IMG/VR virus record: IMGVR_UViG_3300037225_000815
Span: 75-64,074 of that record
Reading direction: 5' to 3' (one strand)
From: a virus
Taxonomy: Duplodnaviria > Caudoviricetes
Length of the DNA: 64,000 nucleotides
Part shown: in pieces, positions 39,620 through 48,714 of the stretch
How the letters are laid out: each line of letters opens with the position of its first letter
Position numbering within the stretch: position 1 is the stretch's first letter
The notes under the pieces: model-generated
The model's database searches: none
Told to the model about the DNA's origin: nothing
Seen by the model: only the letters and a program-made list of their open reading frames with translations
Translations under genes and position numbers: made by a program

Positions 39620-40207
39620 TTATGCCTCATTGACAGTGTCTCCCTTCGGTTTCATAGATAGTATACGCCGATCCTCTTCCTTCTTCAAGCGCCACTCCTT
39701 TACCATGGCTTCGAGGTCAGGTAAGAGCGCAGTGAGCCTGTCCTTGGATTCCTGCCAGCTCATGTCCTGGACGGGTCCCTGCGAGATAGTGTTGGAGGTC
39801 CCTACCGGCCACAGCATATTGACTTCGTTGAGGAGCCGCTCCCTGTTCGCAGGGTTGTCGAAGTCGAACGTCCTCGGGCTGACGCTTGGGGTGTAATGTC
39901 CGATTACAGCAGCATCCCAGAGGTTCACGTTCGAAACCTCGCCGCTCATCATGATGTAGTTCCCGCTGACCTCGAAGATCTGCTCCTGGGTCCAGGGTCT
40001 CGCCGGCTGCGACATGTTGTCGCGCAGTCCGGCCGACGCCTCGCGCAACGCCCGCTGGGTAGCGTTCTCCACTGCGAACGTGCCGCCCAGCCTATGCAGG
40101 TCGTCCGAGAGCCGGATGTCGCCTCCGCGGCGGATGTCGCCTCCGCGGCGGAGGTCGTCGGATAATGGTCTCACCGGGTACATCGCGCGTCTGTGTACGC
40201 TAGGCAT
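39620..40207 (-). CDS. Hypothetical protein, first gene of the minus arm
   Basis: Likely start MPSVHRR after GGAGG and a sigma70-like promoter. Confidence 0.55.
   Translation of the reverse strand: MPSVHRRAMYPVRPLSDDLRRGGDIRRGGDIRLSDDLHRLGGTFAVENATQRALREASAGLRDNMSQPARPWTQEQIFEVSGNYIMMSGEVSNVNLWDAAVIGHYTPSVSPRTFDFDNPANRERLLNEVNMLWPVGTSNTISQGPVQDMSWQESKDRLTALLPDLEAMVKEWRLKKEEDRRILSMKPKGDTVNEA
40113..40159. repeat. 18-bp in-frame tandem repeat
   Basis: CGGATGTCGCCTCCGCGG x2 plus a partial copy; encodes RRGGDI repeats. Confidence 0.85.
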
Positions 40208-40229
40208 GGCGCCACCTCCATTCACTGAT

Positions 40230-40258
40230 AATATACTCATTTGATCCGCAGTAGTCAA
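40230..40258 (-). promoter_or_regulatory. sigma70-like promoter at the head of the minus arm
   Basis: TTGACT-17 nt-TATATT. Confidence 0.65.
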
Positions 40259-40259
40259 G

Positions 40260-40710
40260 CGGATCCCTTTATAAACGGCTTTTCCATGGCCCCGGGTCTC
40301 CGGATGATTACAGGGATCCATCGGACGATTATCGGACGATTCCAGGCGGATCCGGAAGCGGCGGATTCCCATTTCCCGGATCCGGATATATGCCGTATAC
40401 CTCCCCTACAGGCTCCGGAACCCCGTTCTAATGTGGCGAAATATGCGGCGAAGAACCGGCAACCATCACCAGGAACCGCCGGTTATCCATCCGCGGCGGG
40501 CGGCCGACAACCCCATACACCCCGCATCCCGGCCCTATACACCCCATACCCGGAGGGAAGTTGCCGCTGGGCGGGCCACCGCGGACTCCCTATACCCGCC
40601 AAATGCGCCCGAAACATGGACATTCGGCGACTTATAGGAACCTATGGAAGGATGATGCCGCGCCTTAATAGGGGCAATCCAGGAATAATTGTGCCCGACA
40701 CCTGGTGAGA
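40260..40710. other. GC-rich non-coding strand-switch region (candidate terminus or origin)
   Basis: Dense CCGG/GGATCC, ATCGGACGATT x2, CCC(C/T)ATAC repeats; separates the divergent arms. Confidence 0.5.
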
Positions 40711-40798
40711 GTTGAGGGAGTTAGTCTTTGGTTTCATGCCCAGGGGTAGCTATCAACTCTAAGATACTAAACCAATTAAACATCCATAGGAGGATGCC

Positions 40799-40987
40799 AT
40801 GATCAATTCAAAGTTCTCGAAGATCGTTGTTGTCGATGAGAAGGAACAGATCCTGTCTCAGCTCACTGCTCTGAATGCATCTGAGTACAAAGCGGTAATG
40901 ACGATGATTAGGAAAGGTATGAAGAAGGATGACAAGATGGCTATTGATGCAGCAATCGAATTGCATTGCTTCAATCAGATGCCATGA
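40799..40987 (+). CDS. Small early protein
   Basis: AGGAGG SD. Confidence 0.65.
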   Translation: MINSKFSKIVVVDEKEQILSQLTALNASEYKAVMTMIRKGMKKDDKMAIDAAIELHCFNQMP

Positions 40988-41061
40988 ACTAGGAGGGTTT
41001 AAGCCTAGTGCGTCCAGTGGTAGAGATACCACTGGGGTACCCAGTATATAAGGAGTATGAC

Positions 41062-41289
41062 ATGATGTACACAGGATTGAATGAACAGGAAGTTGTGTTG
41101 AAAGGATTGATTGAGATATGGAAAGAGGAAGGCCATCTGGATATCCAGTTGTTGAATGTGTTGGTTGATGCATTGGATGATGATGTTGTGCTGGTGAGAG
41201 TTGTTGCTGAGCCAAGAGTAAGGGCTATTGGTTATGGCAATGTAGGCACATGCAGTTGGTGCTGCAAAGTTAAAGGGTATAGGGGGTAG
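41062..41289 (+). CDS. Small early protein
   Basis: AAGGAG SD; start MMYTG. Confidence 0.5.
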   Translation: MMYTGLNEQEVVLKGLIEIWKEEGHLDIQLLNVLVDALDDDVVLVRVVAEPRVRAIGYGNVGTCSWCCKVKGYRG

Positions 41290-41378
41290 GTTGGGGAAGG
41301 GTAGGGGTACTAATCATTCAAGTGGCACGGTGCCTGGCCGTGGTACTAAACATAACACTATTCCATAGGAGGAATATC

Positions 41379-41546
41379 ATGGATTGCAGAAACATCGGAT
41401 TGCATTGCCACAATTGTGGAATGTTGAACGAGGTGTCGTCTTGCGCTGCTTGGGGAATGCCCAAGAAAGTCGAGATCGTCGAGGACACGATGTCCAAGGA
41501 CACTGATGGTACACCGGAGACGGGGTTGCCGTCTGATCTGAAGTGA
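41379..41546 (+). CDS. Small Cys-rich early protein
   Basis: AGGAGG SD; start MDCRNIG. Confidence 0.55.
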   Translation: MDCRNIGLHCHNCGMLNEVSSCAAWGMPKKVEIVEDTMSKDTDGTPETGLPSDLK

Positions 41547-41612
41547 GCGCTAGTATACGGTTGTATGCTAGGCTGTAGGTACGAAACGAGACATTGTCTA
41601 TAGGAGGACAAC

Positions 41613-44279
41613 ATGTCTACACTTAACTACATCATAGAGACAGTACGCGAAGCCCTGCAGGCTCTCGTAGTATTCGTCTCAACCGCTGCTGCAACTGTGA
41701 AGTTCGCGAGCAAGCGGGCCAAACTCATGCTGCGTACAACGCTGCTCATCGATGCTGATGGCATCTATGACAAGCGGGACAACGTGGTTGGGATCAAGAA
41801 CCTGAGGGTCAGTAAGGTTTCCCTCTCGTTCGAGAAGGCGAAGAACCTTGTTACCAATGCCTTCCTGGCAGGTACCTTTGTGGCTCTCTGTGAACCTCTC
41901 ACAGATCTGCTCAAGGGAATCTCCAATGATGGAAGGGACATTGGGATTAGGGCTCTTAAGGCTGCGCTCGATTTCATCGAGAAGTCTTATGGGCTGACAC
42001 TCGTCGCCAACAGGTACATCGATGGCTTCAACTATGACGATGGCATCAAACGTGCCACATTGTTGTTCCATAAGAATGGACCGAAAGGCTTTGGCGAGGA
42101 TCTCTCCATGGCGCTGTTCGGCGCTCCGCTCCTGATCAAGGGAAACGACACAGTGAAGTTCATGAACTATGTATGGGCTGGAACCCAGACAAGGTTCAGC
42201 ATCATGACCGTGAACTATCTATTCACTGCCAATCATAAGGGCGGAACTGATGGTTCGGGCTGGACAACCCTCGAGTATCTGAACGCCAGGTTCCCTGAAC
42301 TGGCCAAGGAAGTCGTGGATACCAACACCCATCTGATCAAGCAGCAGGCGTTCGCCAGCATACTTGGTCATGTAAGTCCCATCAAGGGATGTATAGCCAT
42401 TGCGTACAACCGCACTGAATGGCATACATTCGGAACGGGAGTCGCTTATGACAAGGCTATCGATGCATTCGTCGTCACTGACAATGAAGTCAAGCTGGCT
42501 GCTGCAGGCATCGAGATAGGCCATGTGTATGAAGGTCGCTTTGGTGTGATCAACATGTCAGGCGAAGAGACACTGCGCAAGCCTTTCTGGAAGGCGAATC
42601 CTCAGCTGCTCGCCAGGACCAACTGGAAGGATTGCACCCGCGGAACAGCGATTGCCAAGGCCAATGCCGATAAGATCCTTGCGGCTATCACTACGAAGGA
42701 CACGTATCTGAAGCAAGTTCTGCATCTCTCCGGTAATGATGTGCAGGATCCCAAGTGGCAGGCTTCCAGGATGAGCGCCATGACAATCGCCGGTCAGCTT
42801 GTGGCTGGCTTGCCGTTCAGCGCATTCGAGTCATCCAAGTCTACCAGCGAGAACATTGCAATGAGGGAGATCAAGAAGGCACTGAAGGGAATGATCTGCT
42901 CTATTGCCAGGCTGAAGATCCCCGGTTCCTATTTCTATCCGCTGGTCGATGATAGGCTGGTTGGAAGATGGGAAGTCGGAATGTCCCCTTGGCTTGCTGA
43001 AGAGCTTGGCAAGCGCTGGAACGTAGGCCGTGACATCCATGATGGAGATACCCTGATGGTTCAGAGGTCTCCGCATATTGGAAGCGGTTATCTGGCAGTT
43101 ACCATCAAGATCATTGACCCGCTGTGCAAGTTCGACGGTATCGTTCTTAGCCGTTGGACTGCCAATCTGCTGGCTGCTGATTGTGATGGTGATCGCGTTT
43201 CACTGAGTCTCCCTATGATCGGCGATGTCATCAATCCTGAGGAGTTCCCCGAGGAGAAGGATGCATCAGAGTTCATGAAGAAGATGAAGCTGATGTCCAC
43301 TGGCAATGCGGTTGCCGATAAGCTTCTCGCTGCCACAGTTGGCAAGCTGATTGGCCTGGTTGATTTCCTCATGAGCATGCTGCATGAACGTGAGGGCAGG
43401 CTCTCCAAGAAAGTCCTGGCGTTCGGCGGCCATGTCTCGCAGGCTCTGATCAATTCCGGTAAGCATGTCGGTGAGGATGTTCTGGACATGGATGCGATCA
43501 GTGACATGATCAATCCGCTGCAGACCATTGTCGATAAGTATGGCAAGGAGAAACAGTTCCGCAAGACTATCTCCTACTTCTATCGCTATATCACCGGCAA
43601 GCTGGACGACATTGACTATGAAGACTTCGTTGAACCCAAGGGCAATTCCCCTGTGTTGAATGAAGCTTATACGACGACTCCGCTCAAGGGCGTCTATGAT
43701 GCTCTCTCCAGCACTGGCGTCAAGCCGTTCTGGTTCAACTATGATTGGTCAGCTGACAAGGCTGAATGGCTCAAGATAGTCAGGAACGCTCAGTCGATCC
43801 TTTCTACACTGGATCCGGATGGCGACTTCTATGTGAACGGCAACCAGGACAAGACGATGTGGGAAGGCAGCAAGGTATTCGTTGACCCTGCATTCTTCAC
43901 AAACAAGAGCCATCTGCCTGTTCTGCATGCCGCCATCAAGCTGCTGGGCAAGACTGCCGCCAATGCAGAGGAAGCAAGGGCGCTTCTCCGCAAGCATTTC
44001 GACGACAAGCTCATGATCCTCAAGGACGAGTATCCCCGTTATCTCGTAGCATTCTGGGCCAGGGTGTTCGCTTCTGGTACTCCGGAACGCGCGCTGATGA
44101 TGTGTCTGAACACGGCTGAGTTCACACTGGTCATCCGGGCAATCAAGAATTGGACACCGGAAGACGGTTTCAACTGGCAGGAACTGGCCAGCTGGTCAAT
44201 TCGGCACATGAGTTATGTGAAGCAGACTATCAAGGAAGTCGACTCAGAGGCTGATGAAGCTAACGAGGAAACCATCTAA
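41613..44279 (+). CDS. Single-chain double-psi-beta-barrel polymerase, YonO/cellular-RdRP-like
   Basis: Ordered motifs TDGSGW, PIKGC, TDNEVK, QRSPH and AADCDGDRV (DxDGD at 43179-43193); AGGAGG SD; 888 aa. Confidence 0.8.
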   Translation: MSTLNYIIETVREALQALVVFVSTAAATVKFASKRAKLMLRTTLLIDADGIYDKRDNVVGIKNLRVSKVSLSFEKAKNLVTNAFLAGTFVALCEPLTDLLKGISNDGRDIGIRALKAALDFIEKSYGLTLVANRYIDGFNYDDGIKRATLLFHKNGPKGFGEDLSMALFGAPLLIKGNDTVKFMNYVWAGTQTRFSIMTVNYLFTANHKGGTDGSGWTTLEYLNARFPELAKEVVDTNTHLIKQQAFASILGHVSPIKGCIAIAYNRTEWHTFGTGVAYDKAIDAFVVTDNEVKLAAAGIEIGHVYEGRFGVINMSGEETLRKPFWKANPQLLARTNWKDCTRGTAIAKANADKILAAITTKDTYLKQVLHLSGNDVQDPKWQASRMSAMTIAGQLVAGLPFSAFESSKSTSENIAMREIKKALKGMICSIARLKIPGSYFYPLVDDRLVGRWEVGMSPWLAEELGKRWNVGRDIHDGDTLMVQRSPHIGSGYLAVTIKIIDPLCKFDGIVLSRWTANLLAADCDGDRVSLSLPMIGDVINPEEFPEEKDASEFMKKMKLMSTGNAVADKLLAATVGKLIGLVDFLMSMLHEREGRLSKKVLAFGGHVSQALINSGKHVGEDVLDMDAISDMINPLQTIVDKYGKEKQFRKTISYFYRYITGKLDDIDYEDFVEPKGNSPVLNEAYTTTPLKGVYDALSSTGVKPFWFNYDWSADKAEWLKIVRNAQSILSTLDPDGDFYVNGNQDKTMWEGSKVFVDPAFFTNKSHLPVLHAAIKLLGKTAANAEEARALLRKHFDDKLMILKDEYPRYLVAFWARVFASGTPERALMMCLNTAEFTLVIRAIKNWTPEDGFNWQELASWSIRHMSYVKQTIKEVDSEADEANEETI

Positions 44280-44816
44280 TAAGCATAGTTAACTATATAT
44301 GCAGATAGATTGGAACGCAGCCGATCCGGTAACTTCCGGCTCTTACGGGGACCTGAGAAGAGTCCTTACCTGTAGGGATAGTAGGCTCCGCCCGATTGGT
44401 TACTAGTGTCCATACGGTAGGCCCTATCCGAAGAGACGCAGGACCCTTTGAATATGTCATATTCGCCCAGGTGGCGACATATTCAAGGTCTGTCCACCCT
44501 TCCTAAAGTGGACTTATCTCATACACTTGCTTACTGGGATGACTTGCCCCAGTAAGACAACGTAGAAACAAAGCCCATCTGCAGACCGTCAGGTTGATGC
44601 AGACTCCCGGAAGATAATGACTCCGGGGTGGACTTGTTCATGTATGAGATTCTATTATGCCCTAGCGGGCATATTCTTTGCCTCAAGAGACGCAGGAACC
44701 CTCGGACTGTCATACCTGAGTGCGAGCCACACAGGACACAGTTAGGGCGTCGCTGTGCCCAGATGCGGACCTGCCTCGAAACAGCCTTTCCCTTGATTCA
44801 CCATAGGAGGTGCCTT

Positions 44817-44993
44817 ATGGATAGGTTCTCCAAATTCATATTCGTCGCCGACGAACACGCCATCATCAAGTTCGTCCATGTACGCCTCAACAGGAACGAG
44901 ACGTACAACTACATCAAGCTCGCCCACAAACTGGAAGACGAGATGAGGCTCTCCATAGAGCGTGAACTCATCCGCAACCGGGCGAGGGCGTAA
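44817..44993 (+). CDS. Small early protein
   Basis: AGGAGG SD; start MDRFSKF. Confidence 0.6.
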   Translation: MDRFSKFIFVADEHAIIKFVHVRLNRNETYNYIKLAHKLEDEMRLSIERELIRNRARA

Positions 44994-45469
44994 CACCAAA
45001 CTGCGTTTAAGAGACGCAGTTTCCTTTGACTACATAGTCAGCCTAACCGCTGAACTCAATAACGTAGCTCACGTAGCCTGATTGAGGGCCAACATGATTG
45101 TCCCACAAAGGTTACACGCCCCAGAATGGGGCAGGTATACTACCTGCGTACTGATTCCTATAGGTACGCAGTTTCCTTTGAGCCTGCATAGAAATGCATA
45201 AGCCTCGAATGGATGGCTTGCCATCGGTAGAGGGGGTTCTATTCAATCCGCAGGAGAGAGCGGTGATGCCAAGTACCTTGGCTTAAACTGCGGGGAAAGG
45301 TGATGACACCCCGCATTATTATTGCATGGAGGACATCATGTTCGAACAATGCCTTATCCTCGTAGTGCTGTTATGCGCTTCAATACTGCTTAACATCATA
45401 CTGCTATCGAGGAAATGACTGCGTAAGGACTACGCAGTTCCTTTCAGAAATACCACAAGGAGGTATATC

Positions 45470-45928
45470 ATGAAGATAGTGACTCGCATCATAAGCGAAG
45501 TTTCCAAGTTCCACGTCATACTGAAGACGAAGCCGGACAACGCTGGCATCAACACCATAGGCTGGTGCGAAATCCGGATACCGTACTTCATGTCCGTCGA
45601 GGCACCCATCATCAACCTCAACAACAACTATGCCCCGTACGGAATACCCGCCTCCATCAAGGAGAAGTTCTCGGAAGGCGACGTGAAGTGGCTCAAGGTC
45701 GGCGAACGTGTGGTCGAGGGCAAGACAGTCCAGAACCACAAATGGCTCATCACAGAGAAAGGCAGGCTTGGTCTCAACCGTGAGATATCCCGGGCTGTGA
45801 AGAAATATGCCAAGGAGTTCGGACTTACGGTGGATGCACCCAAAGTCAACCTGGCCAAGGAAGCGACTACTTCCATTGACACTGGTACTGCGCAGGAGCA
45901 GAGCACCAGTGGCGAGAAGATGGAATAA
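45470..45928 (+). CDS. Hypothetical beta-rich protein (possible nucleic-acid binder)
   Basis: Hairpin element plus AAGGAGG SD upstream. Confidence 0.7.
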   Translation: MKIVTRIISEVSKFHVILKTKPDNAGINTIGWCEIRIPYFMSVEAPIINLNNNYAPYGIPASIKEKFSEGDVKWLKVGERVVEGKTVQNHKWLITEKGRLGLNREISRAVKKYAKEFGLTVDAPKVNLAKEATTSIDTGTAQEQSTSGEKME

Positions 45929-45992
45929 GCACAAGGACTGCGTTACCGGAAGGGACGCAGTTCGCTTTGAATAATACCATAGGAGGTATATC

Positions 45993-46202
45993 ATGTCAGA
46001 AAGAATGGAAAGAGTGAAAGTCGTCCTCATGGTCCAGAAGGCATCAGATGCCATCTGCGACGTAATCCACAACATGACTCCCAAGTCATTCAAGGCATGC
46101 AAACAGTACGTGAAAGCCGTCAGCAAGGCAGTCACGAAACTGCAGAAAGCGGGCGTCATCGAGGAACTCACGGACCTCGTCGGCAAGGCATGGAACAAGT
46201 AA
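45993..46202 (+). CDS. Small helical protein
   Basis: Hairpin element plus AGGAGG SD. Confidence 0.7.
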   Translation: MSERMERVKVVLMVQKASDAICDVIHNMTPKSFKACKQYVKAVSKAVTKLQKAGVIEELTDLVGKAWNK

Positions 46203-46245
46203 TTCCAAACTGCGTAGGGGAAGACCTTACGCAGTTCCATTCGAA

Positions 46246-46300
46246 CGCCATCGCTAGGCTGAAATGCCGGGGCTATGGGTTCGAATCCCAAGATGGCACA
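46246..46300 (+). ncRNA. tRNA-like mini element lacking a D arm
   Basis: GCCATC/GATGGC acceptor-like stem, TGGG-TTCGAAT-CCCA T arm, GGC-TGAAAT-GCC hairpin. Confidence 0.45.
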
Positions 46301-46311
46301 GGAGGCCAACC

Positions 46312-46425
46312 ATGAAACAGTCAAAGGCGGAGAAGAAGGCCATCAAGAAACTGAAGGAGCTCGAGAAGAAAGTCGGCATCACGGCCGAGGAAGCGGAAGC
46401 CCTTCTGAAAGGTCTGTATCCCTAA
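46312..46425 (+). CDS. Short Lys/Glu-rich peptide
   Basis: AGGAGG SD; MKQSKAEKKAIKKLKELEKK. Confidence 0.5.
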   Translation: MKQSKAEKKAIKKLKELEKKVGITAEEAEALLKGLYP

Positions 46426-46584
46426 GAGAACCAATAAGTGAAGAGTCTCCTACACCAGGATTCTAGACAACCTGGACAAACCCGTATAGGCCATGCGGAC
46501 TGGGAGACTCGCGTCCTACTATCCTCCTATACTGGGACTGTGCCAATTAGTATCGGCGCAGTTCCTTTTGACAAGGAGGACACC

Positions 46585-46758
46585 ATGAAGATACTGACAA
46601 TGGAAGAAATCAGTAAGATGCCCATCCCCACCAAGTTGCTCAACGACCTGAGGACTATGGCTATGGACACTGCCGTCAAGGTTCAAAGTCTGAGCCCCGA
46701 GGAGCAGAAGCGCCTCACTGAAGACGCCAAGAGAATCGTACAACAGTACCTGCGTTAG
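46585..46758 (+). CDS. Small protein
   Basis: Hairpin element plus AAGGAGG; its stop lies inside the next hairpin. Confidence 0.65.
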   Translation: MKILTMEEISKMPIPTKLLNDLRTMAMDTAVKVQSLSPEEQKRLTEDAKRIVQQYLR

Positions 46759-46807
46759 GGAAACCTGACGCAGTTCTCTCTGAATACCACACCCAAGGAG
46801 GGTAAAC

Positions 46808-47233
46808 ATGATTACTGTATTACTCATCATCAGTGTACTTGCAAACCTCGGACTGCTCGTCACCATCCTGAAACAGACCAAGTCCAGGAACGACGAACAG
46901 GAAACCCGTGACCTCAAAGCCCGAGAGGAAGCGGAGAAGAAACAGGAAGACTACATAGAAGGCCTGTTACAGAACATCCACGACCAGGACGTCCACATCG
47001 AAGTCCAAGCCAAGGAAATTGCCTCACTGAAAGAGACAATCAAGAGACTGGAAGACAGCATGACCAAGGGCGCCAAACTCGAGGAAGGCCTCAAGAGCGT
47101 CGGTGATGCGCTGTCACCCAATGGATTGGGCAAAGGCATCGGCATGCTAGTCCGCAACATCAAGGCCATAGGGCCCACCATCGGCAACGGGTTCAAGGAA
47201 GGCTACAACCAGGGCCTGCTCGAGAACAAGTAA
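46808..47233 (+). CDS. Membrane-anchored coiled-coil protein
   Basis: N-terminal TM segment, coiled coil, AAGGAGG SD. Confidence 0.7.
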   Translation: MITVLLIISVLANLGLLVTILKQTKSRNDEQETRDLKAREEAEKKQEDYIEGLLQNIHDQDVHIEVQAKEIASLKETIKRLEDSMTKGAKLEEGLKSVGDALSPNGLGKGIGMLVRNIKAIGPTIGNGFKEGYNQGLLENK

Positions 47234-47296
47234 TCAAGCACTGCGTTGGGTGAAAGCCTGACGCAGTCCCTTTCAGAATCTACCAGGAGGTATCAC

Positions 47297-47548
47297 ATGA
47301 ACATGAAACTCGAACGGAACCTCGCAGTCGCCGGAGCAACAACCGGAATCGCCGTCGCCAACGCACTCCGCAACACGGCTATCGGGGCCAAGAAAGTCGC
47401 TTCCTTCACCACGAAAGTGGCCAGGAATGCGTGGGCCTATGTGGTCGCCGGAGCCAAAACAGTCGGCAAGTCGACAGTCAATGCCTTCAAGGGTATCGGC
47501 GAAGTCGGCAAGCAGGAACTCGAGGTTGCCAAGGCCAAACAGCGGTAG
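47297..47548 (+). CDS. Ala/Lys-rich amphipathic protein
   Basis: Hairpin element plus AGGAGG. Confidence 0.65.
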   Translation: MNMKLERNLAVAGATTGIAVANALRNTAIGAKKVASFTTKVARNAWAYVVAGAKTVGKSTVNAFKGIGEVGKQELEVAKAKQR

Positions 47549-47602
47549 ACACAACACTGCGTAGGGTAACTCCTTACGCAGTCGCTTTCGAGGAGGTGCC
47601 TT

Positions 47603-47905
47603 ATGGCAATGACAATGATTATCACCATGTTCGGAATCATGCTGGCTACATCCATCTCATTGTATGAGGTGCTGAGATGTTCCCGGCCGTTCGGCTGGTT
47701 CATCAGGATTATCGACAAGAGTTTCCTGTTCCAGATGGCTTTCCACTTCGCAATCGCCTTCGTCATCAGGAGCATAAGCGGAGAAGGCATGACCGCAGGC
47801 GGTGCAAATCTCGCCTCGACGGCAGTGTTTCCCCTGTACTGCTTCATCAGGAACGCAATCAACGGGAACTACCGCATGCTGAACGGCGGATGGAGGACCA
47901 AATGA
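47603..47905 (+). CDS. Membrane protein
   Basis: About three hydrophobic segments; AGGAGG. Confidence 0.65.
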   Translation: MAMTMIITMFGIMLATSISLYEVLRCSRPFGWFIRIIDKSFLFQMAFHFAIAFVIRSISGEGMTAGGANLASTAVFPLYCFIRNAINGNYRMLNGGWRTK

Positions 47906-48039
47906 TAGCAATCGTGCTCACCACATTATGGGTCCTCTTCATCCTGGCCGTGTTCCATGTCACGTGGCCATGGTACATCATCACCCTGGTCGTAGCGGGA
48001 GCGTTGCTCTGCATCTACATCTTCGACGACAGCTTCTAA
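47902..48039 (+). CDS. Small 2-TM protein
   Basis: ATGA overlap with the upstream gene; GGAGG. Confidence 0.55.
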   Translation: MIAIVLTTLWVLFILAVFHVTWPWYIITLVVAGALLCIYIFDDSF

Positions 48040-48140
48040 GCAAGGAGGCCCAATGCACTTCATACTAGGGCTCATCATCGGTATCATAGTCTACAGATGG
48101 CTATTCTGTAGCAACAACACCAAGACCAAGGAGGTCAAGC

Positions 48141-48674
48141 ATGACGACACAGAACACAAGGACTGACCCTCAAGTCAGCCAGCACGCTCTGGACGCCGTC
48201 CGCATCGCCAAGGAGAAGCACGACAAGGCTGTCCTGCTCAACAAGGCGAAAGTGGAGGAGTCCAGGCTCAAGAGGCGTGAGGCGGGACGCAAGTTCGCCC
48301 AGCGCATCAAGAACGGGGTCGAGAAGACCGTCTCGTGGTATGAGCATGAGTTCACGAACATATGCTATGACGGCATGGTATATGGCGGTGCGTCAGCCCT
48401 CATAGGCGCCACCATAGGCATGCTCATGTCCAACCCGGCAATCATCTCGATGGCTGTCACGTTCGGTGGAATCACCGCCATCATCCCGATAGTCGTCGCC
48501 CTGGCCTACTGGGCTGTCAAAGGCCTGGTAGAACTCGGCAAAGCGACTGTCAGGGCCATCAAGAAAGTCCACAAGGACGCTCCGGTCATCAAGGAAGCCA
48601 TGAAAGAAGGCTCCAAAGTGCCGGCCAATCAGGACCCTCCACCCCCAATGGCTGGGGCAGAAGCCACCGCATAG
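48141..48674 (+). CDS. Membrane protein with two central TMs
   Basis: AAGGAGG SD. Confidence 0.7.
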   Translation: MTTQNTRTDPQVSQHALDAVRIAKEKHDKAVLLNKAKVEESRLKRREAGRKFAQRIKNGVEKTVSWYEHEFTNICYDGMVYGGASALIGATIGMLMSNPAIISMAVTFGGITAIIPIVVALAYWAVKGLVELGKATVRAIKKVHKDAPVIKEAMKEGSKVPANQDPPPPMAGAEATA

Positions 48675-48714
48675 CCATCAAGACTGCATTCCCGAAAGGG
48701 GTGCAGTCCCTTTT

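Noticed and set aside
40241-40708. 155 aa + strand ORF in the strand-switch region
   Set aside because: Pro/Arg/Gly-rich translation of GC-rich repeats with a TTG start and no SD.
45286-45324. 25th hairpin element (CTGCGGGG...CCCCGCAT)
   Set aside because: The 3' arm ends CGCAT and the spacer is 7 nt, so it was left out of the count as a degenerate copy.
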